Assembly: GCA_951406725.2 (NCBI GenBank)
Contig: OX597836.1
Coordinates: 33,170,001 to 33,234,000, forward strand
Source: Octopus vulgaris
Lineage: Eukaryota
DNA: 64,000 nt
Direction: 5' to 3'
A model generated the notes under the pieces. The model saw nothing but the letters and a program-made list of their open reading frames with translations. It did not search any database and was not told where the DNA came from. Position 1 is the first letter of the stretch. Each line of letters begins with the position of its first letter. Below are positions 27,235-39,173 of this stretch, piece by piece. The position numbers were made by a program, and so were the translations under genes.

Positions 27235-28140
27235 GATCCTTTCTGCAAGGAGTCACAAGGTCCGAAATTTAGGGTTGGGATGGGGAACTAGTTGATTATA
27301 CTGACCCCAGTGTTTCACTGGTACTTAATTTATCGACCCCCAAAAGGATTGAAAGGCAAAGTCGACCCCGGTGGAATTTGAACTCAGAACGCAAGGATGG
27401 GCAAAATGTTGCCAGCTTGCTAACAATTCTGCCAACTCGCTGCCTATCATCATTGGTTACAATTGAGTGGTGGAGGTGCCAACAGTGAGCAGAGGAAGGA
27501 AAGGCAAAGTGGACCTTTCACAGTTTTCCTCACTTGGCACTAATAATAATAATAATGGTTTCAAATTTTGGCTCAGGACCAGCGATTTTAGGAGAGGGGT
27601 AAGTTGATTACATTGACCCCAGTCTTCAACTGGTACTTATTTTATCGACCCCGAAAGAATGAAAAGCAAAGGCGACCTGAGCAGAATTTGAACTCAGAAT
27701 GTAAGGATAAGTGAAAAGCGTTTTGTCCAGCATGTTAACAACTCTGCCAGCTCACTGTCTTAATAATTATACTATTAATAATAATCCTGTCTACTCTAGG
27801 CACAAGACCTGAAATTTGGGAGGAAGGGGCCAGTCAATTAGATTGACCCCAGTACGCGACTGGTACTTAATTTATCGACCCTGAAAGGATGAAAGGCAAA
27901 GTCAACCTTGGTGGAATTTGAATGTAGCGACGGGTGAAATACCATTAAGCATTTCGTCCAGCGTGCTAACGGTTCTTATTTCTTTATTGCCCACAAGGGG
28001 CTAAACATAGAGAGGACAGACAAGGACAGACAAAGGGATTAAGTTGATTACATCGACCCCAGTCTGAAACCCCAGTCTGGGAGCACATGGCCTCAAATTT
28101 TGGGGAAGGGATTAAGTCGATTAGATTGACCTAAGTCCTA
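27235..28140 (-). mobile_element. Cluster of 4-5 co-oriented SINE family B copies separated by (TAA)n
   Basis: Repeated B units at about 27235, 27558, 27785, 27975 and 28090. Confidence 0.85.
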
Positions 28141-29275
28141 GAACCAGGGGCACTCTCAGAAGGACTTGGTATCAAAAGAGTTAAATTAAAGGGCAGTAGA
28201 ATCAGAGCTAAACAACAATGAGAACCTCTTGGAAGTCTCACGTTAACTGCTAGAAGAGACAGCTATGTGCTACTCAAATGCTATTCTGTCATCTAACAAA
28301 TGGAAAAACAATGCATCATTATGCTAGGATGGGCAAGGTAGGAAGCTCTTTGACAATAGGGCTGTTGGATCAGAGCTGGTCTCAGGTTGAATAACAATAA
28401 CAAAAAAAAAAAAAAAGCTTAGCTTTCTTTGGATAGCTGCAACTGTTGCTAATAACACAACATCACTTGTTGTTTGGCCATTATTACACTATAGTGGGTT
28501 TGACTGAATTCCATTCTAGCATTTGATGTGAGGATGGCAGCCACTGATGATCCACAGGCATGGTGAAATTACATGATAAGGTAGTGCTATCTACTGGTGC
28601 AGAGGAGCTTTTTGTCAGCCTGTGAAGTCAGTGCTTAATTAGTGTATCGTCAATACCTCCTCCTAACAACACAGGCAATTTAATTTAGATATACAAATTA
28701 TTATTTGTTACAAAAACTAATTTATCTGTATATTAGTGATTGAATATATAGAAATATATTTAGAGTGTGTGTGTGTATAAATATAAATGTGGAGTTCAAT
28801 ATCAATTGGAAAATAATAGGAAATATTTCTTAACCAGTACACACCAACTATATATATATATAAGATAGGCAGAGGTTCAGAGACAGACAGTTAATAAGAT
28901 GGAATTTAAGAGAGGTCATGAAACAGGAGAAAACTGAGCAGTTCAAAAAATATAGGAATATTTAGAATCATCAGACTCCACCCCAATAAGAAATAAATAA
29001 AAAGAAAAAAAAGCACAAGACACAACACCAAAAAATAAAAAAAAAAGAGCAGCAATATAAATATATCAACACAATACAAATACAAACCACATCAAAATAA
29101 TTGTACAAAACCTGCAGTATATTATAGTATCTACTTGTCTTTTGTCCCTCTGTCTATCACAGAAAATATGATAGATGTATGCATTCATATAATATTAGAG
29201 CTTTCTATACTGCCAAGTACCTTGGTTGGTGCAAAACCAACAGTACATTCTGACCAGTAATATACTGTTGAACAG

Positions 29276-29310
<35 letters not shown>

Positions 29311-29676
29311 CACACACACACACACAAAGAGTGGAGTATTTACAGCACAACACAAACCCACAACACTACACCACATAAGAAACAATAACACTTCAATAGA
29401 ATTCATACATGCATATATATATATACCAAATATATACGTTTTATTTATTATTTTGCACATTACTTAATCATTGTTATATGTTTTATCTTATATTTAATCT
29501 TTCTATAAGATGTAATTTTTCTAAATGGTATAATTTAATTTTTCATTATTGAATTGATAAAAGGTGGGTTTTTTTTTTTCTAATTTATATAGATATATAT
29601 ATATTATATTTTATGAAATTTGATTTAGTATTTCTAAATTGAATTTTTCCCTGTAAGTTTGGAATAATATCCCCTC

Positions 29677-29715
<39 letters not shown>

Positions 29716-29759
29716 AAAGTGTGACTTCATAAATTAAAACTGAATAGAAGATCGGAAAT

Positions 29760-29803
29760 CCACCTGACGAATGTCATTTGAAGACATGAAACAATTGTAG
29801 TGG
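29760..29803 (+). ncRNA. Minimal type I hammerhead ribozyme motif (Penelope-type)
   Basis: ccac-CTGACGA-atgtc(atttgaa)gacat-GAAA-caattg-TA-gtgg: intact core, three helices, palindromic helix III, GUA cleavage triplet. Confidence 0.75.
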
Positions 29804-30307
29804 TGATTTATTTACTTTATATTAAAATTTTTTATGTATTGATTAAGTCTTTCCTTGTTTGGTTTGCAAAATAGTGGTTTTGTCTCGAATTAATATTATA
29901 TAATATTTTACTATAAAATTGGATTTAATCCTAAATCTGATTTTTTCCCCTGTAATTTTGGATTTATTCCCTAATATTTATTATTATATATATATATATA
30001 TATATATAAAAAATATACATGTGGATTTATGCTTCATCAACACTATGGACCCGTTTCTGATTTCCTGATATCTATCTATCGATCTGCTTATGTATCTATA
30101 CATACATATGTATGTATTTATAATATACAAACGAGAAGGTAATATTTCCAATGCAGTATCACCATGAAAACAGCAGTAAAATAGGGTATTATTACCCTTA
30201 TAAGATGGATAATAACTTTTTTCCATCTTATCAGGGTAATAATACCCACCCCCAATCTTTCTGCTGCTTTCACAGCTATATTGCATTAGAGATATTACTT
30301 TATTGTA

Positions 30308-30355
<48 letters not shown>

Positions 30356-30495
30356 ATTCAATTAGAGGTTAAATTAGCCTAATTAAGAGATGATATCATC
30401 CAATGAATTACTGATTTAATGCCTAATATTTGTTGTGAATAATAATATTCATAAAACAATAGGTTTGTACATAAATCATGGTTTATAATCATTCA

Positions 30496-30583
30496 AAAGA
30501 AAGTAAGAAAATGGAGATATAACATTTAATAAAATTTAAATAAAAAATTTTAAATGTTATATCTCCATTTTCTTACTTTCTTT
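30496..30583. repeat. Perfect 34-bp inverted repeat with 20-nt AT spacer
   Basis: 30496-30529 is the exact reverse complement of 30550-30583. Confidence 0.95.
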
Positions 30584-30589
30584 ATCGTT

Positions 30590-30755
30590 AGCCACTACAC
30601 ACATTTTTTTTCTCTCCTTGTCTTTTCTGTGTCCCTTTCTGTAGAAGAGCGTAGGCTCGAAACGTAAAAGACTTTTTCTATTCCTGAGCGTTATACTAAT
30701 ACATCTGTTTGTTTTGTACACCACCTGTCTTCGTCTTTTGAGTAAACTCCCCCTA
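30590..30755 (+). mobile_element. Short Penelope-like repeat carrying a hammerhead-like variant
   Basis: Copies at 60325-60500, 23105-23192 and (reverse) 16020-16105; cttt-CTGTAGAA-gagc(gtag)gctc-GAAA-cg-TA-aaag. Confidence 0.6.
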
Positions 30756-31329
30756 TATATATATATATATATATATTTAAATTTAAATGTAATTTGAATT
30801 TAATTATAGCCATGAAACGTACGTAGTTTTTTTACTTATTATATAATGATTATTCATTTTTGTACTTTTTGTAATCTAGTTATATGTTTTAAAAAAAAAA
30901 ATTTTTTTAATTTATGATTTGGTTTATGTCTATCCTTGTTTGAATTGCATAATAGTAGTTTTTCCCTAATTTATATATATATGTATACATATATATATAT
31001 ATATATATAAAATAGGTTTTATATAATTGTTTACTCTTTCTGTTTATTGATTGCAGGTGGTGCTATTGAGTTAGAAATGGCCTGGGCCAATACTGGCTGA
31101 AACTTAGCTAAGTATCTAAACATACAGGACACTGGTCATAGCTCCAATGTATTTATAATAAGTGGTAGACCACTTTTAGCACTGATAAAGTACTTGTACA
31201 GGTGGAGGCAATCATCTGGAGTGTGTTCAGCTGAACTTTTCTTGCAAGTCTGTTCCTGCTTCTCTACTCTGATAATTGGCTGACTTGGTCAGCGAATCCT
31301 CTCTGACGATCAACAATTGATGGCAAAGC

Positions 31330-31657
31330 AAGCTGCTATGGATTACACTAACCTAAAGTGTCTATGCACGTGGCCCGGGACCACGTGTGGACTTGTGTTC
31401 CCGCTGAAATTTTGAACATGAATTCTACAACTCTATATGATTAAGTTCCGCGATGAGAAGATTTGGGATATATCTTTATGAGGTCTGAAGTGTTTAAGCT
31501 GCTATGGATTACACTAACCTATAGTGTCTATGCATGTGGCCCAGGACCACGTGTGGACTTGTGTTCCCGCTGAAATTTTGAACATGAATTCTACAACTCT
31601 ATAAGATTAAGTTCCGCGATGAGAAGATTTGGGATATATCTTTATGAGGTCTGAAGT
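31330..31657. repeat. Tandem duplication, 166-bp unit x2
   Basis: aagctgctatggattacactaacc starts at 31330 and 31496. Confidence 0.93.
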
Positions 31658-32499
31658 ATGTAAAGTTATCACATATGTTTGAGGGAGAGACAAATACACA
31701 GATAAAAGTGGACATATTGCTGAATATCGGTACAACGAAATTTATATATAAAATATATATAATATGTTACAACACGTAAACACCCAAAACAAATGGAAGA
31801 GCAAGAGAGCAGAACACGATTAAAAAAAAAAAACACAACAAAAACACAACACTCATTAATTCAAAATATGATAAACAATCAGATTTTAATTAATTTTTTA
31901 TTTCGTGATTTGTCTAATTTTACACTCTTGATGAATAATTAATGTTTAATTATACTATCGCAACCACAGCGAAATAACGGGCAATTAATATTTTATAAAT
32001 GAATTGTAGTGCTTGAAAGAAATTAATATGCGTGATAATCAGATTGATTTCTTATGGGTAACGTGCCACGTGGGGTAGCTTCAGTAAATCATTTATTGAT
32101 GAGAGCCTGACATAATAGGTTAGTTTATTATTAATTAATTATTCTTTTAAAATGAATATATCATAGTTTGGCTTAGTGAGTGAAGATGTACAGAGGAGGA
32201 CATCTATGTTTGCTGCAGGCGGGCGAGCTGATTGCCTGAGGAGTCCGATTTGAGACAAACATGCATGACCACAAAGGACACAGGAGAAGCTGGGCTGTTC
32301 AGGGGTTGGTTAAGGGAATCCCTATTTTACTTCCCCACTTTCTCTTGTCTGCAAGGATGGTCCTGCGAGTATCTTCAAAGGTGGATACTGATTTGCTATT
32401 TGATGACGCCTCACAATCCCCCCCCAAAAAAAAAACCCCATGGGTTTTTTGCGGAGTGGGGTGGGGGATTGTGAAGTCAGGCATCCCAGAAGCTTGGAC

Positions 32500-32716
32500 C
32501 TCTTAGCATTCAGATTAATTCTGTCAAATGTAATGCCTTCTTTTAAAATTCATTTCCCATCATTTTGAATTACTCGTGCATTATCTTGTAGCGTTGAGGT
32601 TTCAATGATGTGACTTATTTTTTATCTAATTAGGTAGGTGTGAGAGGCTGGATCTGGCTGGTGCGAACATACAACATGAAGAATATTTGGGCCAGATATG
32701 GCCAGTTTGATGCCCT
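32500..32716. mobile_element. Degraded piggyBac-like MITE (P1)
   Basis: Homologous to 33390-33610. Confidence 0.7.
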
Positions 32717-33389
32717 AAAAATATTTTCCCCTGCAGAGTGTGTTTTTTATGCCACCAAATACAGAACCCTCTAACATTGACCTGAGTCGGACCAAATTTC
32801 GCGAGTGTAATTTAGATGTGATTAAAAAAGACCAACTTAGTCACACATAGTGCCATCCTGATTCTACCCGAAGATTACGTTAAGGGGTGTATCTAATATG
32901 CCTCTGCATTTTTTATGCCAAATACAGCATATTTAATTAGTTGTAGTCTTAGTAGAGCAATCTCAATTAGTTTCACAATTAGTGTTTTAATCATTTAACT
33001 AATAGATGCAAGCATGGCTGTGTGGCAAGAAGGTTGCTTCTCAACCACATGATTCTGGGTTCAATCCCACTGCACTGCACCTTGGGCAAGTGTCTACTAC
33101 AATAGCTTCACAGACAAACATAAAATTTCAGAGAAGCTTGTAGAAACCCCGACTTGCTATGTTGTGAAATCACAGCAATTTCACAACATAACAAGCTAGG
33201 GATTTTGTATCTGCAGATAACAGATGCTTATACAGATAGCATTAAGTATGATTCACAGAATGGCATGGAATCTCATTGCTGTGAAGTGAACTTCTTAAAC
33301 CATTTGGCTGGATTACAGTAATATATTATAAAACCCTCAGCTTACCAAATGGCTCATTTTGTTCATGTTGCTAGGATGGGTTTTTTTAA

Positions 33390-33610
33390 CCCTTTAGTGT
33401 TCAGAATACTCTGTTAAATGTAATACTTTTTCACTCAAATTGTTTTGAATTAATCATGCATTATCTTACAGCTTTGAGGTTTCAATGATGTGATTGTTTA
33501 TTTTCAGAATGGCATTGTAGGTTAGGAGTGAGAGGCTAGATATTGCCAGTTTGAATATAAAACATGTAGAATATATTGGGCCGGATTTGGCTGGTTTAAA
33601 CACTAAAGGG
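33390..33610. mobile_element. piggyBac-like MITE (P1)
   Basis: TTAA|ccctttagtgtt...aacactaaaggg|TTAA, perfect 12-bp TIR. Confidence 0.88.
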
Positions 33611-34289
33611 TTAAACAGAGTTTTTTTTTATTGAAACAGTCAATACAAAAAAAAAAAAGAAGAAAAAAGTCTTCTTTGAAACTGAAATTAAAATTAGAAT
33701 ATTTGGCATACGAGTGTGTGCTTATGGTGCCAAGCTGCTAAGAAATTTCTTGCAGTTTTAAGAAATATCTATATAGTTGTTTTTTTAAAAAATCCCAAAC
33801 CATCCACTCACTACCCTGTCTTAACTCTTAATATAATATTTTCTGATTGTTTATACACATCTTGAATAAAGTTCACATCACACAGGAATATTTCTTTAAT
33901 AAATATTTTCTTTCGCGGTATGTGTGTGTATATATATGTATGTATGTATATATATATATACATACACACATATATATGGCATGTTCATAATTTGACAAGT
34001 TAAATTCATACAGAGTCAACAAAAATAAAACTATATATACAGCTGAATTGAAGAGAAATTTTAATGACCCCAATGTATATTATAATTCGTTAATTGGTAA
34101 AGGGTTGAAAAGCTAATTAGTGTTTTCTGACCTGAATTTCCAGCCATTCCATTGCTAAAAGGATCGGAACTTCTGATGTAGGGTTGTTGCTAAGTAAATA
34201 AAGTTATGTATGCATGAAGTAAATGTTTTGTAATTCTTCTGTAATTTAGAGGTTTTGCATCAGAATTCAATACTGAAATATTTTACAAG

Positions 34290-34469
34290 AGGGTACAGGC
34301 GATTTGTAGATGTGTGGCAAGAAGCTTGCTTCCTGCCCACATTGTTGCAGGTTCAATCCCATTGTACGCAACAGTTTGGGCAAGTATCTTCTATTATTGC
34401 CTTGGACTGATGAAAGCCTTCTGAGTGGATTTGAGAAATGGAAACTGAAAGAAGCCTGTTGTATATGTA

Positions 34470-34509
<40 letters not shown>

Positions 34510-34685
34510 GCCTTGTGAGTGGATTTGAGAAATGGAAACTGAAAGAAGCCTGTTGTGTATGTGTGTGTGTGTGTATATACATATTATATATATACACACA
34601 CACACACACACACATACATACACAACAGGCTTCTTTCAGTTTCCATTTCTCAAATCCACTCACAAGGCTTTGCCGTCAGTCAAGG

Positions 34686-34734
<49 letters not shown>

Positions 34735-34820
34735 GAGTACCTTCTACTATGGCCTTGAACTAACCAAAGTCTTGTGAGTAGATTTGGGAGATGGAAACTG
34801 AAAGAAGCCTACTGTATATG
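34290..34820. mobile_element. Rearranged SINE family A locus with direct and inverted internal duplications
   Basis: Segment gagtggatttgagaaatggaaactgaaagaagcctgttg occurs twice forward and once inverted. Confidence 0.85.
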
Positions 34821-36846
34821 TTTAATTCTTTTTCATCCTTCATCGTTTAACTTCTGCTTTCCATGCTGGCATATGTTGGGCAGTTTGACAGGAGTTGGCC
34901 AAGCAGAAGACTGCACCATGATTTGACTCTAAATCCACAGGAGACAATAATAAAAACTTGTGGATTTAGCAGTCAAATCATGGTGCAGTCTTCTGCACAC
35001 ATATATATTTGCCCAATGTGCCATGGAGTCAGATTGAAACTGAAACCATATAGTTGGGAAGTGACCTTTTTAAAGAAGCAGCCATGTCTGTGCCTAGCCA
35101 TCTATCTCTGCAAATTTGAAACCCCATGCCTCTGTAAGAAACTAATAAATTAAGGGCATGCAGATATAAAAATTTACTAACCCTCTTGGGACACCCAGGC
35201 TAATTGATTGGCCCAAATGATACAAGTCGAAAGGAATCTGAGGCCAATCCATCAGCCCAATGAAACAAACGTTTCGAAGTGTAATAGCCAATCAGAGATC
35301 ATCTTTCAGCAGATATATACCTATTTAACTTTAAAAGCATCTGAAAAGCAGATTGATTTATCGGTGGTCAGTTTAGCTTAAAGGTAAAGCACTTGGTCAG
35401 AGTCTTGGTTTGTGTCCCATGGCTGCTTGTTGACAAATTTTTCTGCTTTCTAAGGGTAGTTTACCCAGTGTTTCTGCTGTTCTAACAGCGTCTCTGCATT
35501 TGAAAATAAACTATCTTATTTGTACCTACAATAGAGCTCTAGGCATTTTATCCATCCTTTCTTTCCTACATGTGCCCATCAATTTCAATCTCAAAAGAAA
35601 AAAAAACATTTTGGTATTTTTGGCTACACATACCTAAATACCGTGCACCTCAAATGGGTTAATAAACAGCGTGTATACATGTTGAAATCTGATCAATATT
35701 TTTGCTAGTAGGCGCCACATGAATTTAACACAAAAAATTAGAATTATGCCATTACACATACATGCTTTATTTAATATATACACACATATATGAGTGTACA
35801 TATATATGTATATATATAACATACACATATAAATATATAAAACACATATATAAATATATATATATATAAAACATATACATATATATACATAAAACATATA
35901 CATATATATATATATAAAAATTACGATTATGCCATTACACATACATGCTTTATTTAATATATACACACACATATATTTATACATGTGTGTGTATATATAT
36001 AGATATATATATAAAACATATATATATATGAAATCAGGGGTGCGCGCAAAAGGAAAAAGAAGAGAGGGAAGGAGTCACAACAGCTTATAATTGTTATTAT
36101 TATTATTATTATGATTTATTTGGTCCATATTTACCATTGATGGGATGATTTTCAATCTCTGATTCCTCCGCGACCAACATCCCTTTAAATTCACCCACTA
36201 TAGGGAAGTGATCGGAGTCCACTCGGACATCTACAAAACAACGTTGGTTTCATTTCAGTCAAGAAACGCGAGGAGGCTGGGGGTTTTTTTTTTTTTTTTT
36301 TTTTTTAAGAGACAGTAGTAGTAGTAGTAGCAGCAGCAGCCCTTGGCGGCGGCAGAACAACGAGAAGAGTATAACAAACAGAAACGGGGCGGACACACAC
36401 GAACAGAAATGTACGAGGAATAAATAAGAGGACAATTGGTCAGTACAGGACAAGCAAAAAAAAACAAAAAACAAAAACAAAAAAAAAAGATTCAAATATC
36501 AAGTATTTGCAGAAATTTTCTTTCTTTCTTTCTTTCAAGACTTTCGGGGTTTTTAAAGACAAAAACAAAACTTTTTCCCTTCATTGTTATATTATCATTA
36601 TTGTAGTTGTTGTTGTTGTTGTTTTTGCTGCAAATCAATACCACAAGAAAAAGATTTAAAAAATATATAAATGGCGGTGCCCCAGCATGGCCACAGCTCA
36701 TGAGGTGAAACTAGAATCAATCAATCAAAATGAAAATCGTCATTTTTATTTATTTCCTCTAATCACTTTCGATCAACTAACGAAGAGAACGTTTACTATT
36801 ATACACACACACACACACACACAAATACACATGAACAAGTATATAT

Positions 36847-37046
36847 ACTCTTTTACTCGTTTCAGTCATTTTGACTGCGGCCATGCTGGAGCACCGCCTT
36901 TAGTCGAGCAAATCGACCCCCGGGACTTATTCTTTGTAAGCCCAGTACTTATTCTATCGGTTCTATTCTTTTGCCGAACCGCTAAGTGACGGGGACGTAA
37001 ACACACCAGCATCGGTTGTCAAGCGATGCTAGGGGGACAAACACAA

Positions 37047-37079
<33 letters not shown>

Positions 37080-37250
37080 CATATATATGACAGGCTTCTT
37101 TCAGTTTCCATCTACCAAATCCACTCACAAGGCATTGGTCGGCCCGGGGCTATAGCAGAAGACACTTGCCCAAGGTGCTATGCAGTGGGACTGAACCCGG
37201 AACCATGTGATTGGTTAGCAAGCTACTTACCACACAGCCACTCCTGCGCC
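36847..37250 (-). mobile_element. SINE family A, full length
   Basis: Family match. Confidence 0.92.
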
Positions 37251-37619
37251 TTATATATTCATAAGAGTTCATTATTAGCAATGGAAATCACTATCAATAT
37301 AGAATAGCATTCTGCATATCTTACTTATGGGACTTGAACCTACATCTTGTTAGACATGTCAGATGTTCTACCAATGGACCAAAGCAACCCTTTGAATTTC
37401 TTTATCCATTCTGGAAACTTTTCTTTTACCAGTGAGAATTGTAGGTTGTTGATGTCATAAGGATTTATAAACTTGGTGAGAATGTGAAAAAATTCTTCTC
37501 ATAACATCAACAATATACATGTGTGTGTGTAATATATATACTGGTGTTGCTGCCACATACAGAGCACCCAGCCTATCCTATAAAATGGTAGGCACATTTT
37601 ACAGACACATACACACACA

Positions 37620-38046
37620 CGAGGGTTGCAGAAAAGTTTCCAGCTTTCGGTAAAAGAAAATAAAGGATCAGTTAATTATGATTTTATTCGACGTATTCCT
37701 CTCTCAGATTCACACACTTATTTCAGTGGGCCTTCAGTTTTTCTAAGCCCTGTAAAAGAACTTGGAAGGTCACACCTCCAACCAGGCCTTTCGCGATACC
37801 CTAAATCAGTGGTTTTCAACCAGGGTTCCGCCAGTACAGTCCAGGGATTCCGCAAGAAGTTACAAAACTGCTAAAATCGGCAGTAATTTTTAATTCTCCT
37901 GTGCAGATATGTGTGCATAAGACTATTAAAATTATTGCACAGGGGTTCCTCGAGCCAGTGGAATATTTCCTTGGGGATCCGCTCCAGCAAAAAGTTTGAA
38001 AAGCACTGCCCTAAATAAAGCCAAGAATACTTCAGCGCTTCCTCAT
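37620..38046. mobile_element. Mariner-type MITE (M1), host of a nested hAT MITE
   Basis: Degenerate TIR cgaggg.tgc.gaaaagtt.c..gcttt; uninterrupted copies at 51918-52135 and 52165-52315. Confidence 0.75.
37807..38008. mobile_element. hAT (Charlie-like) MITE
   Basis: TIR cagtggttttcaa / ttgaaaagcactg; perfect 8-bp TSD ccctaaat at 37799-37806 and 38009-38016. Confidence 0.9.
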
Positions 38047-38477
38047 GTATATACACATAGAGCAGAGATTGAACAAACAGCTGTATTACATATAAACATA
38101 CAAAATGTTTATTCCCCAAGTTAAATATTATTTTAATATCATTAAAATTATTTTGCTTCATAGTTTGGCATGGTGCCTTCGTTAAAAAAATAATGAGGAG
38201 TGTATTTACTACACACCACACACACACACACGTGCTGTTTGTCGTAGCTTGTTACACATAATGATTAACATTGTAACAAGTTGAATTTTAATTATCAAAT
38301 AAATCTGATCGTTTATATCTTTTATTTGTGACATTCATTGGACTGCAGCCATGCAAGGGCACTGCCTTGATGGGGTTTAGACAAATAAATTCACCTAACC
38401 CCAGTACTGAGTTGTTTTTTTTTGTAATTTTTTAAAGCCTGGTCAGTGGTTAAGAAGTTTGTTCCCCAGCCATATGG

Positions 38478-38715
38478 CTTCTTATTTCTTTACTGCCCAC
38501 AAGGGGCTAAACACAGAGGGGACAAACAAGGGCAGACAAACGGATTAAGTCGATTATATTGACCCCAGTGCATAACTGGTACTTATTTAATCGACCCCGA
38601 AAGGATGAAAGACAAAGTCGACCTCGGCGGAATTTGAACTCAGAACCTAGCAGCAGACGAAATACTGGTAAGCATTTCACCCGGCGTGCTAACGTTTCTG
38701 CCAGCTCACTGCCTT
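38478..38715 (-). mobile_element. SINE family B (tail type 1) inserted in an old family A copy
   Basis: Family match; family A sequence resumes on both sides. Confidence 0.85.
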
Positions 38716-39139
38716 CAGCTCGCCCAGCGATATGGTTCCTGGTTCTGCCTCTCTGGATGGCACCAGGGTCATGTCTCTTCTTCTGTAATCCTGGCTGACA
38801 AAAGCCTTATGAATAGATTCAGCACATGGAAACTGAAAGAAGCCCATTGTGTGTGTGTGTGTTTATATTTGTGTTTCTTTGAAAATCACTGAGTAACAAG
38901 TGGCAACATTGTTGTCTTTTCCCGTCACCATATCCACACCTCCCTTTGCATCTTCAGAAAGGTCAGAAATGAAGAGTCCTCTTACTCGAAAAACAAATGA
39001 AGGTTAGTGAGAGACAAGGTATCAAGATGTGAAAATACTGCCTCAAATCCTGCAACGAACTGGCGTCCCAACCAGAAGAGAATATATTTGCAATGGAAAC
39101 TGGCCCTTCAAGAAGGATCATTTATCCTTTTTATATACC

Positions 39140-39173
<34 letters not shown>

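Noticed and set aside
28538-28592. CTGATGA...GAAA hammerhead-like spacing
   Set aside because: Helix II is only 3 bp, and helices I and III cannot be formed convincingly around an NUH triplet.
31030-31110. Plus-strand splice acceptor ttgattgcAG suggesting an antisense exon
   Set aside because: Downstream sequence matches the reverse complement of 14461-14525, i.e. an interspersed repeat.
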